From a virus: a DNA stretch of 64,000 bases. Shown one piece after another: positions 10,863 to 21,029 of this stretch. Position 1 is the stretch's first letter; every line of letters begins with the position of its first letter. The DNA lies in the IMG/VR virus record IMGVR_UViG_3300017730_000002, positions 1 through 64,000 of that record; one strand, 5' to 3'. The notes beneath the pieces were generated by a model, which was not told where the DNA came from, did no database searches, and saw only the letters and a list, made by a program, of their open reading frames with translations. The position numbers and the translations under genes were made by a program.

Positions 10863-11527
10863 TATCTAAGTGTATTTTGCCCGTCATCAGGACCATCTGT
10901 TGGAACTTGAATAGACATTGTTAATTCTTTTACTACATACTGTTCTATTTCTGAAAATAGATAGTCTGGTATGTTTAATGACTGTTCTTGTTTTATAAGA
11001 CATTTATCTGAATCACAGGTTTCCGTGTCATTTTCAAAAATAGCTTCAATCTTCACAGCATCCCACATAAGGTTTGGAAAGTATAAATACCCATCTAGGT
11101 ACCAAAAGTAATGTCTTTTGTTATACTTAAAAGTTGTACTTTTAGTCATAGAAACAAAAGTACCAGGATCAGTTCTAAATAATTCTATAGAACCATCAAC
11201 TGAAGATACTGTTCTAAATATGGGCCCTTGAATACCTGTTAAAAGATCTGGAATTCTTTCTTTAGTTCTTTTAAAATAACATCCTGAATACACACCTACA
11301 CATGCTGCATCTACCTTATCTACTTCAATAAGTTCTACATAAGGCATTACTTTAAATATGTTACTAATTTTCATTAGCCTAAGCTGGTTATCTTCTCTTT
11401 TCATCAAAGATTGGCCATACTTAATTATAGAATAATAGATTGTTCTATCTGTTAGAAATGGATCTTCCTTAACAGCTTTAAGTGTATTTCTTACTCTTGA
11501 TATTGATTCGCCAACAGTTGTGCTCAT
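10862..11527 (-). CDS. Tail ring protein (crAss-type)
   Basis: 221 aa; 'YFWYLDGYLYF..KIEAIFE' motif; synteny. Confidence 0.55.
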   Translation of the reverse strand: MSTTVGESISRVRNTLKAVKEDPFLTDRTIYYSIIKYGQSLMKREDNQLRLMKISNIFKVMPYVELIEVDKVDAACVGVYSGCYFKRTKERIPDLLTGIQGPIFRTVSSVDGSIELFRTDPGTFVSMTKSTTFKYNKRHYFWYLDGYLYFPNLMWDAVKIEAIFENDTETCDSDKCLIKQEQSLNIPDYLFSEIEQYVVKELTMSIQVPTDGPDDGQNTLR

Positions 11528-12105
11528 AGGTCAAATTCATTATAGTCTTTTAAAGCATGTTCCTGCTTTTTTAGTCTTATTTCATTAGCTACTTTTTTAG
11601 AGTGGGCTAACTTTAATTTTTGTTGTGGGTCAACTACTATGTAGTTATTCCAATTTTCAGGATATGTTTTAGCAACAGCTCTTTTAAATTCTCTACATGC
11701 TGTAAAACCCCAAAACTCTCTATTTTTAATTTTATGTTTTAAAGTTCCATTAGTAAAAAATATTTTAGCCAGCTTGCCATCACTGTCCCAATTTTTATTT
11801 GACACCTTAACACCGTACTTTATAGATTTAGCAAAATCAATGTTTTTCTTTTTGCTTGCTTGACAAGTTCCAATAAATAAACGTCCCAGTGATTCTGGAA
11901 GCTCCACTCCATTTCGTTTGTCAATTACAGTTTCATAAACTCTTTTGTTAAAAGATTTTATGATTGATCTTAATTCTTTATCCTTTAAGTTTTTATACTT
12001 AGGATACTTTTCTCTAAATCTGTCAAAGAACTCTTTGTTTAGAACTTGATATGTTTCTGCTCTAAATCTTGGAGCCTGTAAGTTAGGTGTATTAAATGCT
12101 TCCAT
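11524..12105 (-). CDS. HU/IHF-like DNA-binding protein
   Basis: Basic; 'GVELPESLGRLFI' HU-like hairpin; IHF-like genes sit at this position in crAss-like phages. Confidence 0.6.
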   Translation of the reverse strand: MEAFNTPNLQAPRFRAETYQVLNKEFFDRFREKYPKYKNLKDKELRSIIKSFNKRVYETVIDKRNGVELPESLGRLFIGTCQASKKKNIDFAKSIKYGVKVSNKNWDSDGKLAKIFFTNGTLKHKIKNREFWGFTACREFKRAVAKTYPENWNNYIVVDPQQKLKLAHSKKVANEIRLKKQEHALKDYNEFDL

Positions 12106-12161
12106 ACTACTTAAATAATATACTAAAAATTAATGAGATTAACAAGTTAAACAAATATACT

Positions 12162-12198
12162 GAAAAAAGAAAACCCCCACTAGTGTGAGGGCTTTCCC
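12162..12198 (-). terminator. Probable intrinsic terminator
   Basis: Imperfect GC hairpin with an adjacent A-tract on + strand (U-tract on -) downstream of 12239. Confidence 0.45.
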
Positions 12199-12238
12199 GT
12201 TGTTAGCCACAGAAACCAACAAACTGCGACAATGTTTA

Positions 12239-12670
12239 TTATCCTAGGATTACTAAATCTGTAATGTTATGTGAGGAATTAGCTATTGTAAACTGTGCTT
12301 TATTTACAAGCGTTATTGTTGTAGTAGGTGTTACATCTACCAAGCTGTTAAATGCTTTTACTGCAACATAAGTCTCTCCTACACCATGTGTAATAGTAGC
12401 AGCAGAAGCACCAGCAGAATAACCTACACCAGTTTTTCTTTCTGTTGTTACTACTTTATTGTCGCAAATATAATTTGCTAATTTAGTAATTACAGTATCT
12501 AAATAATCATTTCTAGAAATTACAGTATCTGTACCGCATAGAATATCTACTCCTGTGTAAACAATACATTGAGCATTGAATACTTCCGAGCAAGTAGGTG
12601 GACATGTTGCAGATACTACATAAGTACCAGAACACCCACAGTTTGAAGTTTTACAAGTTGAACAAGCCAT
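12239..12670 (-). CDS. Cys-rich tail fibre-associated protein
   Basis: 143 aa; 'AQCIVYTGVDILC' resembles 'SNCVVWQGPDIPC' of the neighbouring fibre gene. Confidence 0.55.
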   Translation of the reverse strand: MACSTCKTSNCGCSGTYVVSATCPPTCSEVFNAQCIVYTGVDILCGTDTVISRNDYLDTVITKLANYICDNKVVTTERKTGVGYSAGASAATITHGVGETYVAVKAFNSLVDVTPTTTITLVNKAQFTIANSSHNITDLVILG

Positions 12671-12700
12671 TTTATTTTATTTTATTTTTAATTTTTAATT

Positions 12701-14431
12701 TTATATAAATGCGGTTAAACCATCCATAAAGAAGTAGAACCCACCTAAATTACTTCTGTCACCCGCATCACATGTAAATGGATAAGTAATTGCTGTTACA
12801 TCTGCCTTTAAATCATCTGTATAAGGACTCCATACACTTGGTGTTGCACTAGGTGTTGGATTGGATCCACCTCCTGATGCAGCAACATTAACATATGCTT
12901 GATATAATGCACCACTATAACTTACTACATCTCCCACACTAAATGCATCACTAGCATTCCAAGCAGTATGAGCAGGAAAAGAAGTTATCTTAGATTTAGC
13001 TGCAGTAAAGTCAGGTATTAACTCACCCGCTGTTACATTAGATGTAATAAGTCTTCCAGTTCCAGAACCTTCTAAAATTGTAGATCCAGTAGCTGTTGAC
13101 TCAAAATTACTAGCTGTTTCTACAACTAGTTTACCATCACTTTTTAAACCAATTCTTGATAGCCCCAGCAATCTGCTAGAGCGGCTAGAAACAGTAAAAG
13201 GTCTTTCTAATATTGTAGCAGAATCTAAATAATAACCTTCATCTATTGATTCTCCTGTATTTAAAATTCCAGCTGGAATTACAGAAGTATTTCCATTAAA
13301 TGTTATTTGATTTGCTGGAGTTAATGTAACACCTCCACTTCCAACATAAGGTGCAATCCCTGTTAAAGGTTCATATGCACTTGCAGATGTAAGAGGAATT
13401 AAATTTCCAGACCCATCAGCAAGAGGAATAAAAGCTTGACCTCTAAAGTGAATTACATTACCTATTCTTCTACAAGCAGGTTTAGTAACTCCAGTCATGT
13501 GACTAAATCCGTTTAAAGAAATCCAGCCAGTATCTGTAACTGCAGCACTAAGAACATTTGTTGAACTTAAAGTTAAATCTACTGTAGGTGTATCTAAAAC
13601 AGTAATTACAGGATTATTTTTTGTATACTCCCAAACCTCACACAATACAACCCATAAATTATTGATAGCATCTGCAACAGTAGAATAGCTTGCATCATCT
13701 ATCCAATTAACGTTTGTTGAAAATGCAGCTGGTTTTGTTAATTGTATTGTTGTATCATTTATACATTTTTGATTAACTGCAGCATTTAATTCTGCAGTTG
13801 TTCCTGTTTCAGCATAATAACCACACCATACATTATTAATAAATTCAATAAGGACCGTATCAATAGATTGTGTAGTACCTTTTGATAAGGAACCTATGGT
13901 ACAACCTAGCGTAAAAGTAGGAAGTGTAAATGAAGGTGTTGGTGAATTTTCAAGATTAGATACTCTAATGAGTATATCTGTAATCTGAGCATTTATTAAA
14001 CTAATTTCTTCTGTAATGCTACATATTCTTTCTCCTATTAGCTGAACATAATCAACTAATTGCATAGTAGTTTGCGTACCTGTTTGAAAACATTTTGCAA
14101 CACTAACTACACAGTCAGGACAACCGCTTTCTGTAATTGCAGAAGTATTGTTTTGTATACCTTCTAGCTCACAGATTCTTTTTATTAAGAATTCAATAAG
14201 CTCTTTAAAGTTCTCTGGACCACAAGCTTGTAAATTAAAACAAGTTAAATCATAGTTAGAAACTTTAAGTGTATCTAGTATATTACATAACTCAGTTGCC
14301 AATGCAGATACAACATCTGATACCGTATCTCCTGTACATAAATGTATGCATGGAATATCAGGTCCTTGCCAAACTACACAGTTTGAGGATATGGGACTAC
14401 AAGGCTTATTATCTAAGTTTAAAGGTTTCAT
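12701..14431 (-). CDS. Tail fibre / spike protein with a CBM5/12-like module
   Basis: 576 aa; Cys-rich helical N-terminus; 'DTGWISL..CRRIGNVIHFRG' fibre-tip motif; 'AWNASDAFSVGDVVSYSGALYQA..PSVW' carbohydrate-binding-like module. Confidence 0.6.
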   Translation of the reverse strand: MKPLNLDNKPCSPISSNCVVWQGPDIPCIHLCTGDTVSDVVSALATELCNILDTLKVSNYDLTCFNLQACGPENFKELIEFLIKRICELEGIQNNTSAITESGCPDCVVSVAKCFQTGTQTTMQLVDYVQLIGERICSITEEISLINAQITDILIRVSNLENSPTPSFTLPTFTLGCTIGSLSKGTTQSIDTVLIEFINNVWCGYYAETGTTAELNAAVNQKCINDTTIQLTKPAAFSTNVNWIDDASYSTVADAINNLWVVLCEVWEYTKNNPVITVLDTPTVDLTLSSTNVLSAAVTDTGWISLNGFSHMTGVTKPACRRIGNVIHFRGQAFIPLADGSGNLIPLTSASAYEPLTGIAPYVGSGGVTLTPANQITFNGNTSVIPAGILNTGESIDEGYYLDSATILERPFTVSSRSSRLLGLSRIGLKSDGKLVVETASNFESTATGSTILEGSGTGRLITSNVTAGELIPDFTAAKSKITSFPAHTAWNASDAFSVGDVVSYSGALYQAYVNVAASGGGSNPTPSATPSVWSPYTDDLKADVTAITYPFTCDAGDRSNLGGFYFFMDGLTAFI

Positions 14432-14463
14432 TCTTTCTGTTATTTATAATATACAAATTTTTA

Positions 14464-16668
14464 TTAAGAATTGCAAGAGCTAGAGTTATCAGACGTATTG
14501 CAACAATCCGTTGATGGATCACAGGTATAGTCTGGATCTGTTAGTGCTTGTAATTCAATTAGTTCTTTTTTAATAATCCATTTTTCATTTTCTTCAGGAC
14601 AACAGTCTGATATACCATACCTTAATTCTAATACATTTTTGTAAGCTATATCTGCAAAATTGCATGTAATTTTATCATACTTATCAGCACTACATATTGG
14701 AGTATTATAACCAGGTTTTACTTTTCTATCATTCGGAAAGTATTGAGGGCAGAATCCTGTTTTATTTTTATTTTCATCTTCAAAAACACTGCAGTCTCCA
14801 TAGTAATTAAAGATACCACCTTGCGTATTATCTTCAACCCACCTTTGCACACAATACCTTAATGAAGATTGCCCTGATTTAATTGCTACTGTTTTTTCTT
14901 TATCACCATTAGCATTTATAAAAGTATAAATTTGCTCTTCTGTACTACTATTAAATACTGTAGAACATCTAGGTGTAATTGATGTGCAAGAAGAACAATC
15001 TTGAAAACTACTAGTAACTGAAACTTCTTGTGATGCAGCAGGTTCTTCAAGATCATCATATACACTTACTGTATAACATCCAGCACAACCATCTATCTGA
15101 ATTACAGAATCAACATATCCAGCTAAATTTGTAGAAGTAATAATTGAAGGTGTTTCGCTTGTTAAATCACAATCATCTAATTGATAATATTTTGTAAGAC
15201 ATGATGTGCAGTCTGTATATAATATAGGATCTACAATTGTAGTTTGGCTTGGTGGTTGATAGTCTATTTTTTCAACACTCCAGCAATTACAATCATCTTT
15301 TATTACTTTACCAACAAAAGCGGAAAAATCTTGAACTGTATATACAACTTCATTTATTTTTTCACAATTTGTAAGCTTATATGCTACTGTTCCAATACAA
15401 TCTTGACAACTTACATGAGATCTAATTACTGTTACATCTATTGGACAATCGCAAGGAGTTGTTTCTTCTACACTCCAGCAACCTTCATATCCAACTAATT
15501 CAACTACTGTACTTACACCAGCATATGCTGATAGAGTTTGTAAAGTTGAAGTTAGGGTTGCATCTTGTGTAGGATATGAAGTAGGATCACAATTAGTAAG
15601 TAAATAACACTTTTGAACACACTCACCCTCTATACAGTCTGTACCTGTTATAAGAGTATAATCCACACCTTCTACACCCTTAACTATAGGAGGAGCCTGA
15701 GCACAAAATTTTGCTGGTCCGTAAGTATATTGGCTTTTACCATCACAATCAATGTAACTAATGCCACCTGAAGCACCTATTATTTCATAACATTTACAAG
15801 GACAAGCATCTAAATTAAATCCGTTAATTTTTAAAGTTAATGTAGGATTCTGACAAATGCCTGTATTAATTTGCACTAACCAAACTTGACCAGGATAACC
15901 GACTAAGCTAATGTATGTTCCTACATAAGCTTCTAAATTTATTCTAGTATTTATAATAACACCTTCACAACTTGTTAATGTGTAACATGTGTTATTGCAA
16001 TCTGGACAATATCCTTCATTTGTTAAAGGGTTTAACTCATTACATTTAATTGCAGATACATATTCAAACTGAGATATGTAACCTGGATAAGGTAAATTAT
16101 TGTATTCAGCTAAAGTAATTTCAGAACTTGGATCACTTACACTATTGAATGAAAATGTATAACACTGACCTACTTGTAAACCTGTTGCTATATTGGTAGG
16201 AGTTTGTGAAGTAAAACCATTAAATAAATGCACCCCTTCAAAATCTAATATGCTAAACTGTGGAGCTGATGCACTGTCTCCTTGCCAACCTTCACCTTTA
16301 AAGTAAATAGGATTTTCTGTGTCACAACATGGTACAGCTTTAATATAATAATTACCTGCAGCTGGACTACAATCTGGACATTCTACTAAAATCTGAGGAT
16401 CAACACATCTAGAATTTTCATAGTAACCTACCCAACTAGATGCAGGTATATCTGTTACATCACCTACATTTGTTAATCTAGCAACTGTATAACAAGCTTG
16501 TGGAAAAAGAGTAACATCTGTACCAGGTATAGTTATCTGAGAACCGATGTATGTATAAACTCCTGTGTCACCATTTGAAAGTATTCCACTAATATTTATA
16601 ATAGCTTCTGTACCATTTTCAGGACAACAAGGAATTATTTTAAATTGAAATTGACCAGTGGCACTCAT
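14464..16668 (-). CDS. Cys-rich repeat structural protein
   Basis: 734 aa; repeated CY.LT.C...YVG..I...C..CW.V...C..C units; lies in the virion block. Confidence 0.6.
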   Translation of the reverse strand: MSATGQFQFKIIPCCPENGTEAIINISGILSNGDTGVYTYIGSQITIPGTDVTLFPQACYTVARLTNVGDVTDIPASSWVGYYENSRCVDPQILVECPDCSPAAGNYYIKAVPCCDTENPIYFKGEGWQGDSASAPQFSILDFEGVHLFNGFTSQTPTNIATGLQVGQCYTFSFNSVSDPSSEITLAEYNNLPYPGYISQFEYVSAIKCNELNPLTNEGYCPDCNNTCYTLTSCEGVIINTRINLEAYVGTYISLVGYPGQVWLVQINTGICQNPTLTLKINGFNLDACPCKCYEIIGASGGISYIDCDGKSQYTYGPAKFCAQAPPIVKGVEGVDYTLITGTDCIEGECVQKCYLLTNCDPTSYPTQDATLTSTLQTLSAYAGVSTVVELVGYEGCWSVEETTPCDCPIDVTVIRSHVSCQDCIGTVAYKLTNCEKINEVVYTVQDFSAFVGKVIKDDCNCWSVEKIDYQPPSQTTIVDPILYTDCTSCLTKYYQLDDCDLTSETPSIITSTNLAGYVDSVIQIDGCAGCYTVSVYDDLEEPAASQEVSVTSSFQDCSSCTSITPRCSTVFNSSTEEQIYTFINANGDKEKTVAIKSGQSSLRYCVQRWVEDNTQGGIFNYYGDCSVFEDENKNKTGFCPQYFPNDRKVKPGYNTPICSADKYDKITCNFADIAYKNVLELRYGISDCCPEENEKWIIKKELIELQALTDPDYTCDPSTDCCNTSDNSSSCNS

Positions 16669-16687
16669 ATTATTTTATAACTTTAGT

Positions 16688-16825
16688 TTACTTACTTTCT
16701 TTTAGTTTTGCTTCATAAGCATTTATACATGAACTGCATACTTGTCTTCCATCAGAAGCTGTTCTTTTTTGACAGCCGCATGAAAGAGTTGCACCGCAGT
16801 TTGAGCATTGTGAGCCTGATGCCAT
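16688..16825 (-). CDS. Small Cys-rich protein (45 aa, possible Zn-binding)
   Basis: Manual translation MASGSQCSNCGATLSCGCQKRTASDGRQVCSSCINAYEAKLKESK*; fills the gap between flanking genes. Confidence 0.75.
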   Translation of the reverse strand: MASGSQCSNCGATLSCGCQKRTASDGRQVCSSCINAYEAKLKESK

Positions 16826-16846
16826 AATTTGTTGGTTTTATTGGGT

Positions 16847-17389
16847 TTAACAATTTCTACAATCTAATTTATTTAAAAGCTTTAAAGCATAGTTATATAA
16901 TGTCATTCCTTGTTGTTGTTCGTGACAAGTTTCTACCTTTGCTTTAGCAGCATCTAGATACATTTTAATAAGTCTAAGGTCATTGAGCTTATCTTTGACC
17001 TTAGCAGGAGGATCACAGTCTGCTACATCTATATCGCATAGGATTTTTTGATATAGGTTCATGGCATGTGTCATCCTTAGATGATTGTATTCTACATAGA
17101 CCACATGATTTTGATCTACTATATATTTAATTACATATATTCCATCTGGTAAATTAACATATGATTGACCGCAATTGCTTGTTTGCAATCCTAAATCACA
17201 ACCTGTTAAAGTGTAAGATGTTTCAGGCTGAAAATGAACTTCAGCAGACGTTGTATACCCAGGAACTGTGATGTAGAGTTTTGGATCAAAAACAGCAACT
17301 TGTGGAGAATATACACTTGTGTCAAATATTTTAAACACACATGTATTTCCAACAGCAGGTATTTCTAAACTTAGTACATGATTAGCCAT
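16847..17389 (-). CDS. Structural protein (tail hub/ring-type)
   Basis: 180 aa; 'LPDGIYVIKY' motif; synteny in the virion block. Confidence 0.55.
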   Translation of the reverse strand: MANHVLSLEIPAVGNTCVFKIFDTSVYSPQVAVFDPKLYITVPGYTTSAEVHFQPETSYTLTGCDLGLQTSNCGQSYVNLPDGIYVIKYIVDQNHVVYVEYNHLRMTHAMNLYQKILCDIDVADCDPPAKVKDKLNDLRLIKMYLDAAKAKVETCHEQQQGMTLYNYALKLLNKLDCRNC

Positions 17390-17399
17390 ATTGATAAAA

Positions 17400-17438
17400 T
17401 AAAAAAGGGGAGGAGAAACTATATCTCACTCCCCCTTT
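17400..17438 (-). terminator. Intrinsic terminator
   Basis: AAAAAAGGGGAG-GAGA..TCTC-ACTCCCCTTT hairpin after the 17459 stop. Confidence 0.75.
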
Positions 17439-17458
17439 ATGAGTAATTAATTTAACTA

Positions 17459-18871
17459 TTATACTACTGAAATTGATGCAGTAGGACAATCATCATCTTC
17501 TTGATCAGCTAATAAAATACACTGGTCATTACCTGCTTTTGTCAAAACATCATTGATGTCTGTTAACAAGTTGGTGATGTGAGCTCCACCTGTAGGAGAA
17601 ACAATATCAATAAGATATTGATCATTATCAAATGTTCCTGATGGATTGTTAAATCTTGGAATACTATGTAAGATGCTTAATCTATCATAACGAGCTGTTC
17701 TATCAACTTGTCCAGCACCAGTACCTAACATATCATTTCCTTGAGTAATCTCACGGATTCTTAAGTCAGTTGCAAAAGGAATTTGTCTGTAAGATTCTGA
17801 CAAGATAAATTCTCTTGCTACAGTTTCACCAAGACCTTCCGCCTTTTTACCAGGACACTCTTCTACAACACATACTCCAGAAAACTCACATGGATCACCA
17901 TTTAAGTCAACTTCAGAAGCATAAAGTCTTACAGGATCTACTCCGTAAAAATCTGAAGGTTGGAAAGTGCAATCTCCAAACTTAGTATCTTGATAAGCAC
18001 CAACCAATGACATACCAGCACACTGATCGCTATAAGCAGCAGGAGTGTATGCAGATACAGTTGTATTAGTAATTGTACCAGCAGCAATACTAAGTTTAGT
18101 CGCTACTTTAGCTCTACCAGCTGTTTGTACTGCAGCAGCTGTTCCGTCAGGCCAGATAATTGTCATACCAGCAGCATAAGCTCCAGCATCACCAGCTTCA
18201 GTAACATATACTACAGGAATCATAAATGGAGCAGCATTAGCAGTACCATTTGGTCCTGCACCAGTAAGAATAACACTTTCTGAAATTTGCTTAGACCATT
18301 CTAGATATACTGTTACTGGATTAACCTGAGTTGGAGTAATTGTTCCATCAGGACAACATCCTGTATAAGCTGAAAGCTCTTGATAAGCATTGTGATTTAA
18401 TGCTCTTAAAGGAGCACTTCCTTTAACATCAACTCTCAAGTGGTAATTTTCACCACAAAGAAATTTTGGACAACAATCAGCTGTTCCAGCAACTTGAGTG
18501 TAAGGAGTTTTACCAACATGCAAAATTGCACTTTCTGCAGCATGCGATGTGGTTTTCCACATTTTGCTAATATACTTTGGGTTAATACCTTTTGATTTGA
18601 TTGATTCTTTGTACCCTCCGTGGAAAGGTCCAATTTTATCATTTACGTATGGAGCACCAGCTGCAATGATAAACTCACAACCTGTAACCTTATTTGCAGC
18701 AGCAGCTCCACCTGAAGCATCTACTGGAAGAGGTTTCCATGTTTTTGAGTTATACAATGATAATTGTCCTGCTGTAAGAGCTCCAGACAAAGCTGTAGGA
18801 GTTGCAGGCACTGGCGCAACGTAAGAAGACATAATAATTGTCTTTCTAAATGCGTGTGAAAAATAAGCCAT
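17459..18871 (-). CDS. Abundant structural protein (auxiliary capsid / head-associated)
   Basis: 470 aa, Ala/Gly/Thr-rich; own promoter-like motif and terminator; synteny. Confidence 0.55.
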   Translation of the reverse strand: MAYFSHAFRKTIIMSSYVAPVPATPTALSGALTAGQLSLYNSKTWKPLPVDASGGAAAANKVTGCEFIIAAGAPYVNDKIGPFHGGYKESIKSKGINPKYISKMWKTTSHAAESAILHVGKTPYTQVAGTADCCPKFLCGENYHLRVDVKGSAPLRALNHNAYQELSAYTGCCPDGTITPTQVNPVTVYLEWSKQISESVILTGAGPNGTANAAPFMIPVVYVTEAGDAGAYAAGMTIIWPDGTAAAVQTAGRAKVATKLSIAAGTITNTTVSAYTPAAYSDQCAGMSLVGAYQDTKFGDCTFQPSDFYGVDPVRLYASEVDLNGDPCEFSGVCVVEECPGKKAEGLGETVAREFILSESYRQIPFATDLRIREITQGNDMLGTGAGQVDRTARYDRLSILHSIPRFNNPSGTFDNDQYLIDIVSPTGGAHITNLLTDINDVLTKAGNDQCILLADQEDDDCPTASISVV

Positions 18872-18948
18872 TTTTTTGTTTTTTAAATTTTATAAATAAA
18901 TAATATACTATAATATACTAAAAGTTTTTTAATTAATCAACTGTAGAT

Positions 18949-19647
18949 TTAATTATTTCTTTCAGCAGTCTCTGTACCTCTACTAAATTGATTTCCAGAT
19001 TCTATATCTCCAGCTAATACACTAACTGCTTCATCAATAATTAACTCTATAATATCATCTTTAAATTCTGATAGTACTTCTGCCGTAGACTCAATATTAG
19101 TATAAGGATCAACGCAACCTAATATTTGAATCTGTCTAGGTTGTCTGTAATAAATTATTTCGGCATCAGTTACCTCAAATTTATTATTTGTGTAAATATG
19201 TACTTTATTATTAATTAAAGTTGCAAAAGTTTCAGCCCACTCAAAGCTAGGTTGTTTTGCTTTATCTCTAAGAAGTTGATTTAAATTACCTTCTTCTGCA
19301 AGATATACAGTCATTCGTCTATCCTCACAACAGTCATGACAAGCTAGTACATCTACTCGTTTCCACTGTAGATAATCTGAAGGAACTGGTCCTGAAAAAT
19401 AAAGTTCTTTATTTGTTACAACTAATTTATCTGTACTTAGTAATACTTGAAGGTCATCTTTTCTTCTCGTAGATTGTTCATCACCTTCTTTAACAACATT
19501 AATACCATGCAATTGTCTTCTGCACCACTCTACCTGAGCTTTGTTAAAAGCCTCAACAGCTTGCCAAGATTCTATATTATCATAGTCTTGACTATCTAAC
19601 TTATTAAGCCTTTGCTTTAACTTTATAACAATTGTACTATTTAACAT
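18949..19647 (-). CDS. Head-tail ring / adaptor protein
   Basis: 232 aa; 'RLNKLDSQ..AFNKAQ..YYRQP..ELIIDEAV' pattern. Confidence 0.6.
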   Translation of the reverse strand: MLNSTIVIKLKQRLNKLDSQDYDNIESWQAVEAFNKAQVEWCRRQLHGINVVKEGDEQSTRRKDDLQVLLSTDKLVVTNKELYFSGPVPSDYLQWKRVDVLACHDCCEDRRMTVYLAEEGNLNQLLRDKAKQPSFEWAETFATLINNKVHIYTNNKFEVTDAEIIYYRQPRQIQILGCVDPYTNIESTAEVLSEFKDDIIELIIDEAVSVLAGDIESGNQFSRGTETAERNN

Positions 19648-20057
19648 TATTGACCTCTTTTTCTTTGAGCGCGTCTACCACCCCTTCCACCTCTTACACA
19701 ATTTTCTGTATTACCACCACTAGGGTTACAAATTGCTGGTTTATTTTGCGGATTTTTTTTTAATTTTCTAAAGAACATATTAATATCATGACCTCTAAAA
19801 GATTTATTACCTTGTTGCTCTATTTTTCTTTGTGCTTTTTCAGCAGCCTTTTTTTGTGCATATGATAAAGGAGCATAATCATCTGAGCTTACCATAGCAG
19901 CACCTTTAACTGAACCTCTAACAGGAAATGAAGTAAGAAAATCAGCAGCTCCCACGCTAGGTATTACTGGATAAGAATCTACTACTCTACCCATTCTTGC
20001 TTCATTTCGTTTTCTAAATGTAGTAAGTGGATTTTCTTTTATTACTTTTCTTTTCAT
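19647..20057 (-). CDS. Small basic hypothetical protein
   Basis: ORF track; translationally coupled to neighbours. Confidence 0.7.
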   Translation of the reverse strand: MKRKVIKENPLTTFRKRNEARMGRVVDSYPVIPSVGAADFLTSFPVRGSVKGAAMVSSDDYAPLSYAQKKAAEKAQRKIEQQGNKSFRGHDINMFFRKLKKNPQNKPAICNPSGGNTENCVRGGRGGRRAQRKRGQ

Positions 20058-20224
20058 TTCTTTTTCTTTCTTTTAGCAGCAATTTTCTTAAAAGTCTTAG
20101 CAAGTGTTTTAGCTTTACCTGTACAGGTCTTCTTTGTAATAGGTGTACATTTACCTTTAGTACCACGTCTTTTGATTGACTTGGTAACCTTTTGCATCCA
20201 CTTTTTATCTTTCTTTTTTGCCAT
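20054..20224 (-). CDS. Small Lys-rich protein (56 aa)
   Basis: Manual translation MAKKKDKKWMQKVTKSIKRRGTKGKCTPITKKTCTG..; ATGA overlap with the next gene. Confidence 0.75.
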   Translation of the reverse strand: MAKKKDKKWMQKVTKSIKRRGTKGKCTPITKKTCTGKAKTLAKTFKKIAAKRKKKK

Positions 20225-20314
20225 CTTTAATAATCCCAGTAGATAAAGATTTGATCATTCTGTTCTTCTGGTTCCTTAAAAGTTTTACTCATATAGTAAT
20301 ATACAAAAAAATCA

Positions 20315-20584
20315 TCAGCATTTCCATCTTCTTCTTGCTTTTCTCAAACGGCTGTTTGGATCTTTAGCAGCTTTAGGAAACTTTTTCATCTGACCAGCAG
20401 ATCTTGCACAATAACTTTTCTTTCTAGCTCCACCACCTGGTTGAGGTGCTTTAAGTTTAGAACCAGTTTTACGGTTAATCATTTTACGACCCTTAGCAGT
20501 AAGACCACCTTTCTTAGACTTACAACCATTCTTGATTGTACAGCCTTTCATAGCTCCTTTCTTCTTACTCTTCTTAGCAGCCAT
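20315..20584 (-). CDS. Small Lys/Arg-rich phage protein (DUF6321-like)
   Basis: 'GGLTAKGR..RKKSYCARS..AAKDPNSRLRKARRRWKC' is a motif seen in aquatic phage proteins. Confidence 0.75.
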   Translation of the reverse strand: MAAKKSKKKGAMKGCTIKNGCKSKKGGLTAKGRKMINRKTGSKLKAPQPGGGARKKSYCARSAGQMKKFPKAAKDPNSRLRKARRRWKC

Positions 20585-20760
20585 TACTTTTTCTTTTTAG
20601 CTTTAGGTTTAGTATGTGTATAACCAAGTTTCTTTAAACGTAAATGATCTGCCATTTTCTTAGCCATAACCATTTTACCAGACTTACTATACATAGGATG
20701 AGCTTTAAATGCTTTCTTAGCACCACCTTTTTTATATAAACTACTAGGCATATTTCCCAT
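20584..20760 (-). CDS. Small Lys-rich protein (58 aa)
   Basis: Manual translation MGNMPSSLYKKGGAKKAFKAHPMY..HLRLKKLGYTH..; TAATG coupling at both ends. Confidence 0.75.
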   Translation of the reverse strand: MGNMPSSLYKKGGAKKAFKAHPMYSKSGKMVMAKKMADHLRLKKLGYTHTKPKAKKKK

Positions 20761-21029
20761 TACTTCTTCTTTTTAGTTTTTCCTTTTCTTATAGCACTGG
20801 TTCTTCTACCCATACCAACTCTTTTCTTTTCTGCAACAGCTTTTCTTTTTTGAGATTTAGATAAAGATCCCCATGTTCTAGGTGTCTTTTTAGAAACCTT
20901 TTTACTAGGTCTGCACTTCTTAGTTTTTTTATTCTTAGAAGAACCGCAGGCATTACCCTTCTCATCCTTCCACTTTTCTTTAAACCACCTTTTCAGTGCA
21001 AGACCCTTAGCTGTTTTTCTTACTGCCAT
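20760..21029 (-). CDS. Small Lys/Arg-rich phage protein (DUF5872-like)
   Basis: 'LKRWFKEKWKD..C....KCRPSKKVS.KTP' motif. Confidence 0.7.
   Translation of the reverse strand: MAVRKTAKGLALKRWFKEKWKDEKGNACGSSKNKKTKKCRPSKKVSKKTPRTWGSLSKSQKRKAVAEKKRVGMGRRTSAIRKGKTKKKK

Noticed and set aside
12239-16668. Diversity-generating retroelement acting on tail fibres
   Set aside because: No reverse transcriptase in the window and no TR/VR pair differing at adenines was noticed by eye.
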